Shown: positions 13,226-24,972 of the stretch, one piece after another
Layout: each line of letters starts with the position of its first letter
How positions within the stretch are numbered: position 1 is the stretch's first letter
Assembly: GCF_036365525.1 (NCBI RefSeq)
Contig: NC_090405.1
Coordinates: 48,322,508-48,386,507 of the forward strand
Length of the DNA stretch: 64,000 nt
Source: Heterodontus francisci
Taxonomy: Eukaryota
Direction of reading: 5' to 3'
Program-made: the position numbers and the translations under genes
Notes under the pieces: model-generated
The model's input: the letters and a program-made list of their open reading frames with translations, nothing else
What the model was told of the DNA's origin: nothing
Database searches by the model: none

Positions 13226-14508
13226 TATAGAACATAGAACAGTACAGCACAGTACAGGCCCTTCGGCCCACGATGTTGTGCCGAACCTTTAACCTACTCT
13301 AAGATCAAACTAACTACCTACCCTTCATTCTACTATCATCCATGTACCTATCCAAGAGTCGCTTAAATGCCCCTAATGTATCTGCTTCTACTACCACCGC
13401 TGGCAGCGCATTCCACGCACCCACCACTCTCTGTGTAAAGAACCTACCTCTGACATCTCCCCGAAACCTTCCTCCAATCACCTTAAAATTATGCCCCCCT
13501 GGTGATAGCCCTTTCCACCCTGGGAAAAAGTCTCTGACTATCCACTCTATCTATGCCTCTCATCATCTTGTACCCCTCATCCTTCTGCGCTCCAATGAGA
13601 AAAGCCCTAGCTCCTTCAATCTTTCTTCGTAGGACATGCCCTCCAGTCCAGGCAGCATCCTGGTAAATCTCCTCTGCACCCTCTCTAAAGCTTCCACATC
13701 CTTCCTATAATGAGGCGACCAGAACTGAACACAATATTCCAAGTGTGGTCGAACCAGGGCCTTATAGAGCTGCAGCATAATCTCGCGGCTCTTAAACTCA
13801 ATCCCCCTGTTAATGAAAGCCAACACACCATACGCCTTCTTAACAACCCTATCAACTTGGGTGGCAACTTTGAGCGATCTATGGACATGGACCCCAAGAT
13901 CCCTCTGTTCCTCCACACTACCAAGAATCCTGTCTTTAAGCCTGTATTCCGCATTCAAATTCGACCTTCCAAAATAAATCACTTCACACTTTTCCAGGTT
14001 GAACTCCATCTGCCATTTCTCAGCCCAGCTCTGCATCCTGTCAATGTCCCGTTGCAACCTACAACAGCCTTCCACACTATCCACAACTCCAGCAACCTTC
14101 GTGTCATCGGCAAACTTGCTAACCCAGCCTTCCACTTCCTCATCCAAGTCATTTATAAAAATCACAAAGAGCAGAGGTCCCAGAACAGATCCTTGTGGAA
14201 CACCACTGGTCACCAAGCTCCATGCTGAATACTTTCCATCTAATACCACCCACTGACTTCTATGGGCCAGCCAATTTTGTATCCAGACAGCCAACTTTCC
14301 CTGAATCCCATGCCTCCTTACTTTCTGAATGAGCCTACCATGGGGAACCTTATCAAACGCCTTGCTAAAATCCATACACACCACATCCACTGCTCTTCCT
14401 TCATCAATGTGTTTTGTCACATCTTCAAAGAATTCAATAAGGCTTGTGAGGCATGACCTGCCCCTCACAAAGCTATGCTGACTGTCTCTAATCAAACCAT
14501 GCTTTTCC
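13226..14508 (-). mobile_element. 5'-truncated CR1 LINE (RT C-half, ORF 13563-14495) inserted in the Gypsy RNase H
   Basis: DFSKAFD, GVPQGSVLGP, FADD, RPHLEY motifs; (TGTTCTA)n tail. Confidence 0.93.
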
Positions 14509-14595
14509 AGAATGCCAGACTATTCCAATGGAGTTTACTATTACAACCTTATCACTTAAAGACTATCCACATTGCAGGGCAACATAATCTAATTG

Positions 14596-14735
14596 TTGCC
14601 AGTTCTGATGAAAGGTCACGGACCTGAAACGTTAACTCTGCTTCTCTCTCCACAGATGCTGCCAGACCTGCTGAGTACTTCCAGCATTTGTTTTTATTTC
14701 AGATTTCCAGCATCTGCAATATTTTGCTTTTTATT
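14596..14735 (+). mobile_element. 140-bp Penelope-like terminal mini-element
   Basis: 12-bp TSD ATAATCTAA(T/C)TG at 14584-14595 and 14736-14747; sequence matches the PLE 3' end plus tail. Confidence 0.85.
14601..14637 (+). ncRNA. Minimal hammerhead ribozyme motif, family A
   Basis: AGTT-CTGATGA-a-AGGTC-acg-GACCT-GAAA-CG-TT-AACT. Confidence 0.8.
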
Positions 14736-14949
14736 ATAATCTAACTGCAGATGCTTTGTGCCAGATTTAACTTTGCTTTGAGCATCTGAGTGCAAAGTTG
14801 GTACAATGCAGAACTGTATGAGCTACAGGTAAAGAGTGAATGAGAATGTGTGTGTAAATGTGATTTAAGATTTTTCAACTTGTTTTTTTTTCCACTCTTT
14901 GAAATGAAACGTATTTAAAAATGGCATTTCATTACTCCAAGGACCGAGG

Positions 14950-15845
14950 TTTTACGAAAGTGCTTCCATTTTTTGTTAAATCTTTTTGAGGATTTGAGTT
15001 TTAAAACTGAAAACGTTCCATGGATGTGTCTTTTTTGTTAAAAAGCTTACTGAAAGGGCACTCGAGATGTTGCTTGAAAACAACCTTTGCTGGAAATCAT
15101 ATGCTTAAGCTCAATAAACAACAGAAACCTTGGTAACCTGGGGAAGATGTTTACAGAGAAGCCACGCGTCAAGGTTTATGGAGATCAGGAGGTTGACTTT
15201 CTGTTTGGGGTTTAGGTATTGTTTCCAGTTCAGTTGGGGTGTGAACTGCTTTGAAGACAATTGGTGTTTTGCCTTCCAAAAAAAAGTAACCCAGCTCATT
15301 TTGCTCACCTCTTTGAAAAAACCCTGCAAAGATCCAGAGTGGGAAAGCTAAAATCCCTCATGCTGTAACTCTCCTGGGAAGCTGGACAAACCTGCCAGAT
15401 TAATTCTCAATGCCGCCTGAAAAGAACTGCTTTAGAAAAGATCCCAGTGACCTGTCACCATATACCCAGATGCCAGACCAAAAGGTAAAACTGAATTCCT
15501 TCCATATCTTCTCTATTGTTTTCAAAAATTAGCAAGTATTTTATTTTGATCTGTTTTGTAACAGACCTCTGCAGAGAGAATTTCTGAATTTTTTTCAGTG
15601 TTTGTGGGGAATTTAAAAAGGGAACTTTCATATTTCAATCTGTGTGTTAATGCTTTGCTTCTGGTTTGATAAACTGATAATTTTGTTGTTTGTTAAAGAA
15701 ACCTGGTTGGTGTATTTAACGCTGGGACAGAGTAGAGTAGATGACTGACCACATTGTAACTGGGTAAACATTTAAATATATGTTGAGACCTGTGGAGAAG
15801 TGGTACTCGAAAAGACAATGCACTCCTCCCACCTTGGTCGCAACA
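14950..15845 (+). repeat. 3' LTR
   Basis: Direct repeat of the 5' LTR, visibly diverged; ends CAACA. Confidence 0.92.
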
Positions 15846-15850
15846 ATATT

Positions 15851-16555
15851 GTGTCAACTGTGGCTCATTTGATAGCACTCGCGCCTCAGAGCTGTTAAGT
15901 TGTGGGAGTTCAAGTCCCACTCCAAGATCTGCGCACAAAAATCAAAGCTAACACTCTAATGCAACAGGAAGTGAGTGCTGAACCATTTAAGTGCTGTCTT
16001 TCGGATCAAATGTTAAACCGAAACCCCGCCTGCCCTCAGGTGGATGTAAAAGATCCCATGACACAAAATCAGATTATCTGCTCATCATCACATTGCTATT
16101 TGTGGGAGATTGTTGTGCAAATTGGCTGCTACACCTCCTAAAATGGGTGGCACAGTGGTTAGCACCGCAGCCTCACAGCTCCAGGGACCCGGGTTCGATT
16201 CTAGGTACTGCCTGTGCGGAGTTTGCAAGTTCTCCCTGTGTCTGCGCGGGTTTTCGCCGGGTGCTCCGGTTTCCTCCCACATCCAAAAGACTTGCAGGCG
16301 ATAGGTAAATTGGCCGTTGTAAATTGCCTCTAGTGTAGGGAGGTGATAGGGATTATGGGATTACTGTAGGGTTAGTATAAATGGGTGGTTGTTGGTCGGC
16401 ACAGACTCGGTGGGCCGAAGGGCCTGTTTCAGTGCTGTACCTCTTAAAAAAAAAAATTTGTAACAGTGACTTCATCTCAAAAGTACTTCAGAAACTGTAA
16501 AGTGCTTTGGGACATCCAGTGGTCACAAAAGGCGCTATTTAAATGCAAGTCCTTG
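15851..16555 (+). mobile_element. Deu-domain SINE, SacSINE1-like (other copies ~120-480 -, ~5030-5410 +, ~30104-30460 +, ~31930-32190 -, ~42165-42370 -, ~57000-57347 -)
   Basis: tRNA-like head, GATGTAAAAGATCCCATG...TTGTGGGA core, L2-like tail AAGGCGCTAT..AAATGCAAG. Confidence 0.7.
16145..16456 (+). mobile_element. HE1-type V-SINE nested in a Deu-domain SINE
   Basis: Same structure as 9906; A tail. Confidence 0.9.
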
Positions 16556-18043
16556 TGTATTATGTCAGGTTTCAACTCATACAAGGTACGGATTTGTCTA
16601 TCAGAGCTGAATTTTGTACTAAGCACAAGAAAGATTGTTAGGAAGGAGCCAAAAGGTGTATCAGTTAAATTTATTCCTAGAGCCAAATCCCACATCCACT
16701 ACAACACTGAAGTTGCATTGTGGAATAATAGCTACAAATGCATTCATCTACAAGACCTCTCTATTTTAGGTGGAAGTATTAACTCAGTTAACTTAAGTGC
16801 ATTAACACATCTAGCTAAAGGAATTTGAGACAAACTCTTGAACATTCATATATGTTATACCACAGCATTAAGTCATAGTGGCTAACTTTTCCCAAAGAGG
16901 AATACGGAACTTGCTACAAGTAAGAGTCAAAGAAAATAACATAGATGCATTAAAGGGGAAGCCAGATAAACACATGAGGGAGAGAGGGATAGAAAGTTGT
17001 GCTGATAGGGTTAGATGCAAGAGAGGCAGGAGGGGGCTTGTGTGGAGTAGAACCACCAGCATTGACCAACTGAGCCTAAACAGCCTGTTTCTGTGCTGCA
17101 AGTTCTATGTAATGTAACTCTGCCGAGGGGAGTTGTAACGCATGTTGGAATTTCTGCCCACAATTGCATTCATGGAATAATACAGCACAAGAGAGGGGGG
17201 GCCATTCGACCCCTCATAAGTACACCAGTTCTCTGAAGGAGCTATCCAGTCTTGTATTCTGCACTTGAGAAATCGACTTGACTACTTTCCTTCAGACCAA
17301 CGAGCCAACCTCTCCTTCCAATGAAGGAATCAACTTTCTCCAAAGTAACTTTTTTTTCCCCATACAATACAGGCAGATAAATAATTTGAGAGTTATTTTT
17401 CCTTTCCAGAAGATAGCAGCTGTGATTGAAAGCAAAAAAACATCACGTGCCCAGGTGCGTGATGTGTCTCAGGTGTTGAAGTCGTGATACCCATTAGCAG
17501 GGACAATGATTCACTTTGATTTTAAAAACAAAGTCTAGCTTTGTAATCTTCCACTCTTAGATATCAAGAGCCTCATTGAATAGTACAATGTAGGTTTGAT
17601 CCTTTCTTCACCGGTTCCTGATCCGAGCGAAGGTGTTGGTTAGGGCATTGAAGAGAAAAATTAGATGAAGGAGTCATGTCCAGTAGCACAAGGGCCCTGG
17701 CGATCAAAATTGCACACATTCCAGACGGATCGCAAAGGGATAGATTACAGGGGGAAAGGGAAAACGACTTTTGAGAAAAAAAAAGTGTCCACTTTACTCG
17801 CTTTTTGAAGCGCCAACTCTTGCTGGGCCACAGTTTATTATTAAAACTTTACAAAACTAAGCAATACATTGAAAAAATTCTAAAGTAACTTAGAAATGTT
17901 AATAAACTGTCAATTTTATAATGAAATCCCCAAAAATAGATTAAATAATAATTTATATCATAAAACTTTAATATAGGACAAACATTGCATGATCATTTTA
18001 CTACTGAATAAGGAATATTCCAGTTATGAGCAGAGTAATCTAA

Positions 18044-18524
18044 GTCCTCGAGGCGGCCAACATCCCCAGCTTGTACACACTACTGAGTCAGCGGCGCTTG
18101 AGATGGCTTGGCCATGTGAGCCGCATGGAAGATGGCAGGATCCCCAAAGACACTGGTATCAGACCCACCGGCCGCCCATGTCTCCGCTTTAAAGACGTCT
18201 GCAAACGCAACATGAAATCCTGTGACATTGATCACAAGTCGTGGGAGTCAGTTGCCAGCGTTCGCCAGAGCTGGCGGGCAGCCATAAAGACAGGGCTGAT
18301 ATGTGGCGAGTCAAAGAGACTTAGCAGTTGGCAGGAAAAAAGAGAGGCGCAAGGGGAGAGCCAACTGTGTAACAGCCCCGACAAACAAATTTCTCTGCAG
18401 AACCTGTGGAAGAGCCTGTCACTCTAGAATTGGCCTTTATAGCCACTCCAGGCGCTGCTCCACACACCACTGACCACCTCCAGGCGCTTACCCATTGTCT
18501 CTCGAGATAAGGAGGCCAAAGAAG
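18044..18524 (+). mobile_element. RTE/BovB-like LINE 3' fragment
   Basis: RLRWLGHVSRMEDGRIPK; (GAA)n tail; AATCTAA TSD. Confidence 0.9.
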
Positions 18525-18699
18525 AATCTAATACTCCCCCACTATTCTGCAGGGAGCTGAACACCGTCTCCCCCCCCCCCCCCCCCCCTCCCCCAAACTC
18601 CCCAACCACACTTAGACCCTGGAGCCACTGCACTCCTCCCACCCCCAGATCCACCCCTTTACCATCCCCCCACCACCAACTACACCTGGACCCCAGGTC

Positions 18700-19100
18700 C
18701 ATCCCACTCCCCTGGACCCGGCCCTAGACCCCGCCCCCCACACGACCCCACTCTCCCCGCCGCCGGCATTACCTGTTTTGAAGTCTTTCTGCACAGGACC
18801 CGAGGGGCGCTTTTCGCTACTGGGTACCGGCTGGTAACTCATCCTGCATCGGCTCGCCGCCCACTCTGAGCACCGGCTCGGGCTCCAGGCCGCGTTCCCT
18901 CAGCCCGTGCCCGGCGCTCCACCCGCTCGGCGCCGCACATTATGACCTGCCCCGCCGCGGTAACCATAGTACTGCCGACAAGAACCTGTGCGCGGCCAAG
19001 AGCGGCGCGAGCCTGTCAGTTCGACAGCGCCCCCTAGCACCTGGGAGGGCCACCAATTACTCCCCCAACCCGGCAGCGCAGGATGCGGCTATTCGGCCCA
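18700..19100. promoter_or_regulatory. CpG-rich promoter of the STOML1-like gene, with a CTCF-like site (GCGCCCCCTAGC, ~19027-19038)
   Basis: High GC/CpG content against an AT-rich background; surrounds exon 1. Confidence 0.65.
18773..18842 (-). CDS. STOML1: STOML1-like, coding exon 1 (MSYQPVPSSEKRPSGPVQKDFKT+G)
   Basis: ATG in aggATGa context inside a CpG-rich island; donor CAG|gtaatg; phase 1 matches the next exon; N-terminal YxxPhi motif (YQPV) resembles GYRAL of STOML1. Confidence 0.72.
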
Positions 19101-20144
19101 TCATGCCTATACTTGCTCTTTGAAAGTTATCCAATTAGTCCCACTCCCCACACTTTCCTCATCGCCCTTTCTTTTCCTTTTCAAGTCTAGATCGAATTTT
19201 CTTTTAAAAGTTATTATTGAATGTGACTCTACCAGCCTGTTACAGACAGAATTGAGAGAGAGATCGGAAACCCCAATTCTTTTCACTTTGCTGTCCGTAA
19301 TCAGTGTGTTTCTGACAAGGAAGGTGCTTCTCTCTCAACAGATGCTGCCAGACCTGCTGAGTATTTCCAGCATTTCTTGTTTTTATATCATCTACGGTCT
19401 GTCAGGAATTGATCTCATTCCCTCCCCCACCCCCCTTCAAATCTGACTGAACCCTTAACCACCTTGCACGGGTTAAAGGGGAAAAAAGTGAGAATGATTG
19501 ATGGCCAGATTTGTAACATCAATCCGTATCGAGTGGGTAGTTTCAGGTATCTTAAAAGGATAAACAGGTTTGGGTGCCTCTAAAATGGCTGTTCCCAACC
19601 TTTTTGGTTTCCTTTCTTCATTTAAAGTTTTTAAAAATTCATTCTTGGGTTGTGGGAGTCTCTGGCAAGACGGGCATTTATTGTCCACTCCTAGTTGCCA
19701 TGAGGTGGTTTTGATAGAGCTGAGCGGTTTGCTAGGCATTGGTGTGGGTCTGGAGTCACATATAAGCCAGAACGGGCAAGGATGACAGGTTTCCTTCCCT
19801 AAAAGGGCATTAGTGAACAGGTTGAGTTTTCACAACAACCTCAGCTTTTTATTCCCAGATTTTTTACAATTGAATTCAAATTCACACATTGCCTGGATTA
19901 GTCTGGGTCTCTAGATTACTAGTCCAGTAACAGAACCACTACACTCCCATAACATTTGCACAGGTAGATAATACAGCAGGCAGCATCAAGGTCAAAATTG
20001 AACCCGTCTTCAACACATATGCACTTTCCATTGGGCGTCACTGGATAGCAACAGGGAGAGGGAACACTATCCTAATTTTCCACCTTAGCCCCAGGGGCAC
20101 TGAGACCAGTAATAATGCCCCCTTACTACCACACTAACTGAGAA

Positions 20145-20754
20145 GTATGTCAGCCAAGAGCAACGTCTCAATTCATTCCATCTTCGCTGCCTCCGGAGAA
20201 TCCTTGTCATCAGGTGGCAGGACCGTGTCTCCAACACAGAAGTCCTCGAGGCGGCCAACATCCCCAGCTTATACACCCTACTGAGCCAGCGGCACTTCAG
20301 ATGGCTTGGCCATATGAGCCGCATGGAAGATGGCAGGATCCCCAAGGATACATTGTACAGCGAGCTCGCCACTGGTATCAGACCCACCGGCCGTCCATGG
20401 CTCTGCTTTAAAGACGTCTGCAAATGCGACATGAAGTCCTGTGACATTGATCACAAGTCGTGGGAGTCAGTTGCCAGTGATCGCCAGAGCTGGCGGGCAG
20501 CCATAAAGGTTGGGCTAAAGTGTGGCGAGTCGAAGAGACTTAGCAGTTGGCAGGAAAAAAGACAGAAGCGCAGGGGGAGAGCCAACTGCTTAACAGCCCC
20601 GACAAACAAATTTTATCTGCAGCACCTGTGGAAGAGTCTGTCACTCTAGAATTGGCCTTTATAGCCACACCAGGCGCTGCTCCACAAACCATTGACCACC
20701 TCCAGGCGTTTACTCATTGTCTCCCGAGACAAGGAAGCCAAAGAAGAAGAAGAA
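20145..20754 (+). mobile_element. RTE/BovB-like LINE 3' fragment
   Basis: Same family; ACTGAGAA TSD (20137-20144, 20757-20764). Confidence 0.9.
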
Positions 20755-23533
20755 CTACTGAGAATTACTGCAGGATGCAACACAGCACACGGATCAACGC
20801 TGAGACCCTCCTGCAGCACGGTTCCAACACCAAGTGCAGCATTTACAAACAAAAGGTAGCACTTGCACATTCTTTGAGAAGCACATCATTTTATATTTGT
20901 TTTAAAACGCTAAATGTAAAACATTCAAGAGTGGAAGAAGCAGCCTACACAAGTTGGAGAAATGTACCCAAGGGACTGCACAACAACTATTGAGGGGACG
21001 CTGGGTTAAACAGTCAGTGTCCGACATAACATGTTTTACAATACTGATGATCTACCAAAAGAATGTACCTGCCCATTAACACTAGCAGGACGCCACATGC
21101 CTTCAAATCTGAGTCACAGTTCTAGTTCAGAGCTCACTCCCTTAGTTTGGGCTTTATTGAGAGTGAGCCAGTTTGAAAATTGCTAATTCAGGACACGGAA
21201 GGAAGACAGAAAACAAATGTTAGAATTACTGGGTAAAAGGGCAGGTGGAGGGCAATGGTGGGTTTGTGGAGGGGTCATGGCAGGGGGGGTGGGTGGGGGA
21301 ATTGGTTGTCAGATAAACACATGAGGGAGGAAGAAATAGAATAATATTTTGATGGAATAAGATGAAGGTAGGAGGAGGCTCATGTGAAACACAGACACTA
21401 GCATAGACCAATTGGGTCAAATGGCCTGTTTCTATGCGGTAATTACTACGTAACTAGGTAATACTAGGCTCTTGCTTCGCAGTTAAGCAGTTCACAGGCC
21501 ATTTAACGATTAAATTCCTCATGCCTCAGTGACTGGAGAATCTGCTGTCTCTTTTCCTCACCCACCATTCTTTTCCACCAAGCAGATGAGGGGTGAACAC
21601 GCAAAATTTCAGCCTGCTTTGTTTGCCTTTTTCCTGATGTCGACCAAAGAACAGTACAGATTTCCACCATTTTTTGATTTCAGTTCACATTTTCAGCCGT
21701 TTCCTTTCTATTTTGTCACCAGCTGTAGTGTGACCGGCAACACTGATCAATCATTAACCCTGCAAGTACGCTGGCAACTGAACAATTGGCAGCTAAAGCT
21801 TAATGCTTGTATATTGATGGCGTGCCCTCCAACTGTAGGTGCAAGGTATTCCTGTGCCAATAAGACCCAGCAGTAGCAAGGAAGCAGACTACATCTCCTG
21901 AGAGCATACCAGGATTCAGGATCTTGGGTCCCATGATCACTTGTTGGAGACAGCTCAAAATGCTGGCCTCTAACAGGGAGAGCAGAACTTCTACATCACT
22001 GGCTTTGCACTTGAGCAATAAGGTTATGGGTCTGCTCTGCAGTGAGCTTCTCCCCCTGGCTTACAGAAGCACCAGAGTCCCTTCTACCTGACTTGTAACT
22101 TTCCTTTCAGTCAACTGACAGCAACTGATTCAGATCAGTTCAAGACTGTTTAATATTAATTCAGCCCAATATAAAAAAAAACTAAACATAGAACCACATC
22201 TCAAAGTGCTTCACAGAAGATAACTGATATGATTATTTACATTTCCCCTCCACTTTGTGAAAATTCAAAATTGTTTCTTGAAGCACCCAAACCTCTTAGA
22301 ATGTTTTCAACGTTCATCATGTCCTGCAGCATGGTCCTTCACTTCTCAATTTAAGATCAAGGTTTCACATAATTCAGCCTTATAAACCACTAGGGAAAAA
22401 AATCTAGTCCAATTATGTACATCACTTTGTTAAGATATTCAGTTTCCTCTTTCTCTCCCTCTCATTTTAACTCAGCTTCTAGACTACACAAAGGAGTCTC
22501 ATTTCACAGCAACATAATATGTTTAAGATTTGAGGTAAACTTTCACTCTGTAATTAAAATGAGCAAATGTAGTGTAAGACAGCATGCCTTCAATACCATG
22601 TTTTAGATATGTCTGTAGCAATCCCTCAAGGATAGCCCCAAAAGAATGTCAGTAATGCTGTTAAATGCTAGATACTGGTTTTACACAACTGTGGAACAGG
22701 CTTGATGAAGTTATAATGCCAGCTATGTATTGCTCCAACAGTCTGTCGAGCAAAGAACAACTCTTCTTCCAGGCACTTCAATGCTGGTTAAATTTTACAT
22801 TGGGGGCAAGGCCAACACAACTCTGCAGGTGATTCAAGTACCTAGCTGAACACAATGCTTCAGACTGGGCGCAGTTATATCTCCTCCTCACTGTGATATC
22901 CCTCCATTTGCCAGTGTTCGACCCCCAGATGTATTACACAGCCCGCAATGGTGCACAGCTGGAGTTACTTCATTCTAGAGTGTAACTGGCTGGTGAGTAA
23001 CTCAAGCCAGAAACCTGGTGAAAAAGAGACGCAATTCCGACAGGGATTGTCACAAGACTTCACAGAGACACACAAGTTTCGCACTCTGAACATTCTAGAG
23101 GCAGTTAAAAAATTTCTTCTGCACTGCCAGGCATATCTAAAGTATTTGAACATGCCTGCCATATCGCTGTCCCAATAATATACCAAGGTATGATTTTAAA
23201 CATGATCATAAACAAAATCAGTACTATGATGTACTATTGGATAAATACTTGAAAAGGAAAAGTTTGCAAGGTTATGGTTAATGAGCAGGGGAGTGGAATT
23301 AGTTGGCTATCTTTTTCCAGAGAGCTGACAATAGGTTGAATGGCCTCCTTTCCTTGCTGTATGTTTCTGTGATTTGTAACACAATTGTCAGAGGATCCAA
23401 ACAACAGGATACCGTTTCCAAAAACATAATTCACTCAAAGTTGAAAAATCCGGTGCATCATGCAATTTGTGTGTGATCAAACAGCTTGACTGGCAAAAAA
23501 AAATCCTCACCGAACACCAGCACATTAAAAACT

Positions 23534-23539
23534 TTTATT
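23534..23539 (-). terminator. Candidate MPI polyadenylation signal (AATAAA)
   Basis: tttatt on the plus strand ~610 nt past the stop codon; no transcript evidence. Confidence 0.4.
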
Positions 23540-24148
23540 GGAAAAAGGAACTCAATGCTCGGTTCTATTTACATAACTACAGGGTTAGCTTAACGGTCCT
23601 AATACCAGATAGTAAATGTCAGAAAGATGGACCATTGGTTGTTACCTCAGTAATGCAACAACTTTGACTCTTATTCCAAAGCAGCAATGTTCTTTAGACA
23701 CAGTTTAAAAATATTTCTTTTTTCCCCCAACCAGGAGTTGGGCATCGATGTTCATCAGCAAGCGAAATGGCCCCTAACCGCAGATCATCATGGATAAGTG
23801 TCGTGAAAGAGCCAGGTTGTACCATATTAATTCAGCAAACTTGTGGCTCTGAGGAGTGGGAGGGTGTGGAGCTGAACATTTAGGAATTAAAACAAACTTG
23901 CCGTTGTACAGTACAAAGCAAGAAAAGACGTCAGATTACCTCAACTGAAATAAAGCATATAACAGTGTGACAGGAAAAGGGATCAAAATATAACTGAATG
24001 AAAACATTACGTGTAAAGTTTGAATCTTACCACAAATGCAAAAAAGGTTAACCTCTTTCACACGCACTGTCCCATAACAATCTGTCTGCTGGAACACCGT
24101 ATAGTGCATTTTTAAATGATAAGGATATGGAGTGGAGGTTGAGAGAGG

Positions 24149-24361
24149 TTACAGCATGCAGCATGCCCTGAAAAGCAGCATCCCATCCACCGACTGAACA
24201 CACAAGTCAACCCTCTCATTAGCTGCGATGAACAGCACAGATCCTCGTCGGATGTTGATCTGAGATGGGGCAGCAGTTCCCGTGGCTTCGCCCCTAATGA
24301 CCAGCAGGATACTTGCAGAATCGATGGAGGATATCATGTACCGTTTCACCGAACTTGGAAC
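24149..24361 (-). CDS. MPI: MPI exon 8, terminal (VPSSVKRY...LLFRACCML*)
   Basis: 213 nt including TAA; the eight exons sum to 1263 nt = 420 aa + stop with the frame intact. Confidence 0.96.
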   Translation of the reverse strand, partial: VPSSVKRYMISSIDSASILLVIRGEATGTAAPSQINIRRGSVLFIAANERVDLCVQSVDGMLLFRACCML

Positions 24362-24972
24362 CTGGGTTAAAGAGATTGTATTTTTGATTATCAGGTTCTC
24401 AGGTGATATGGAAGTTGGCAAATTCAGCCTTCACTTCAGTATATACTGATCAGTGCATTTATATAACTTATATACAACCTTGTTTAGCTCACACTTAGAA
24501 TGCTGTGCACAGTTCTGGTCTCCATATTATGAAAAGTGAATAGACATACTGGAAAAGGTGCAAAATGGATTTACAAGGATGATACCAGAACTGAGAGATT
24601 TAACTATCAGAAAAGACTGAACAGGCTGGAGATCTTTTCTCGAGAAACCGAGAAATGATCTGTTGGAGGTATTTAAAATTATGAAGGGGCTTGATAGGGT
24701 AGATGTAGAGAAATTGGGGGAACAGTCCAAAACCAGGGGCCATAAATATAAATTAGTCGCAAATAAATTCAATATGGAATTCAGGAGAAAATTCTTTAGT
24801 TGAGGCTATGCAAAACTCAATACCATGTAGAGTGGTTGAGGTGACTAGCACATATGTTTGTAAGGGGAAGCTAGATAAGTGCATGAGACAGAAAAAAATT
24901 GTTCGGTAGGATGAGATGAAGTAACCAGAAGGGGAGAAGGCTCTCATGGAGTATAAACACTGGCATAGACGT

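Larger units (their letters stand above)
6407..15845 (+). mobile_element. Degenerate Gmr1-like Ty3/Gypsy LTR retrotransposon in STOML1-like intron 1
   Basis: Direct LTRs 6407-7347 and 14950-15845; ATAT TSD (6403-6406, 15846-15849); gag with SCAN-like YELVPEAYRQKF, CCHC knuckle, protease RDTGA (~9697), integrase (~10800-11430) upstream of RT (~11990) and RNase H; many frameshifts. Confidence 0.93.

Noticed and set aside
18960-18973. RFX X-box-like GTAACCATAGTACT in the STOML1-like promoter
   Set aside because: The second half-site mismatches the RGYAAC consensus; too weak to call
22650-23200. Coding-looking unique sequence downstream of MPI
   Set aside because: The frames I translated have stops and no recognisable motif; unresolved without a search, possibly extended 3' UTR or an ancient repeat
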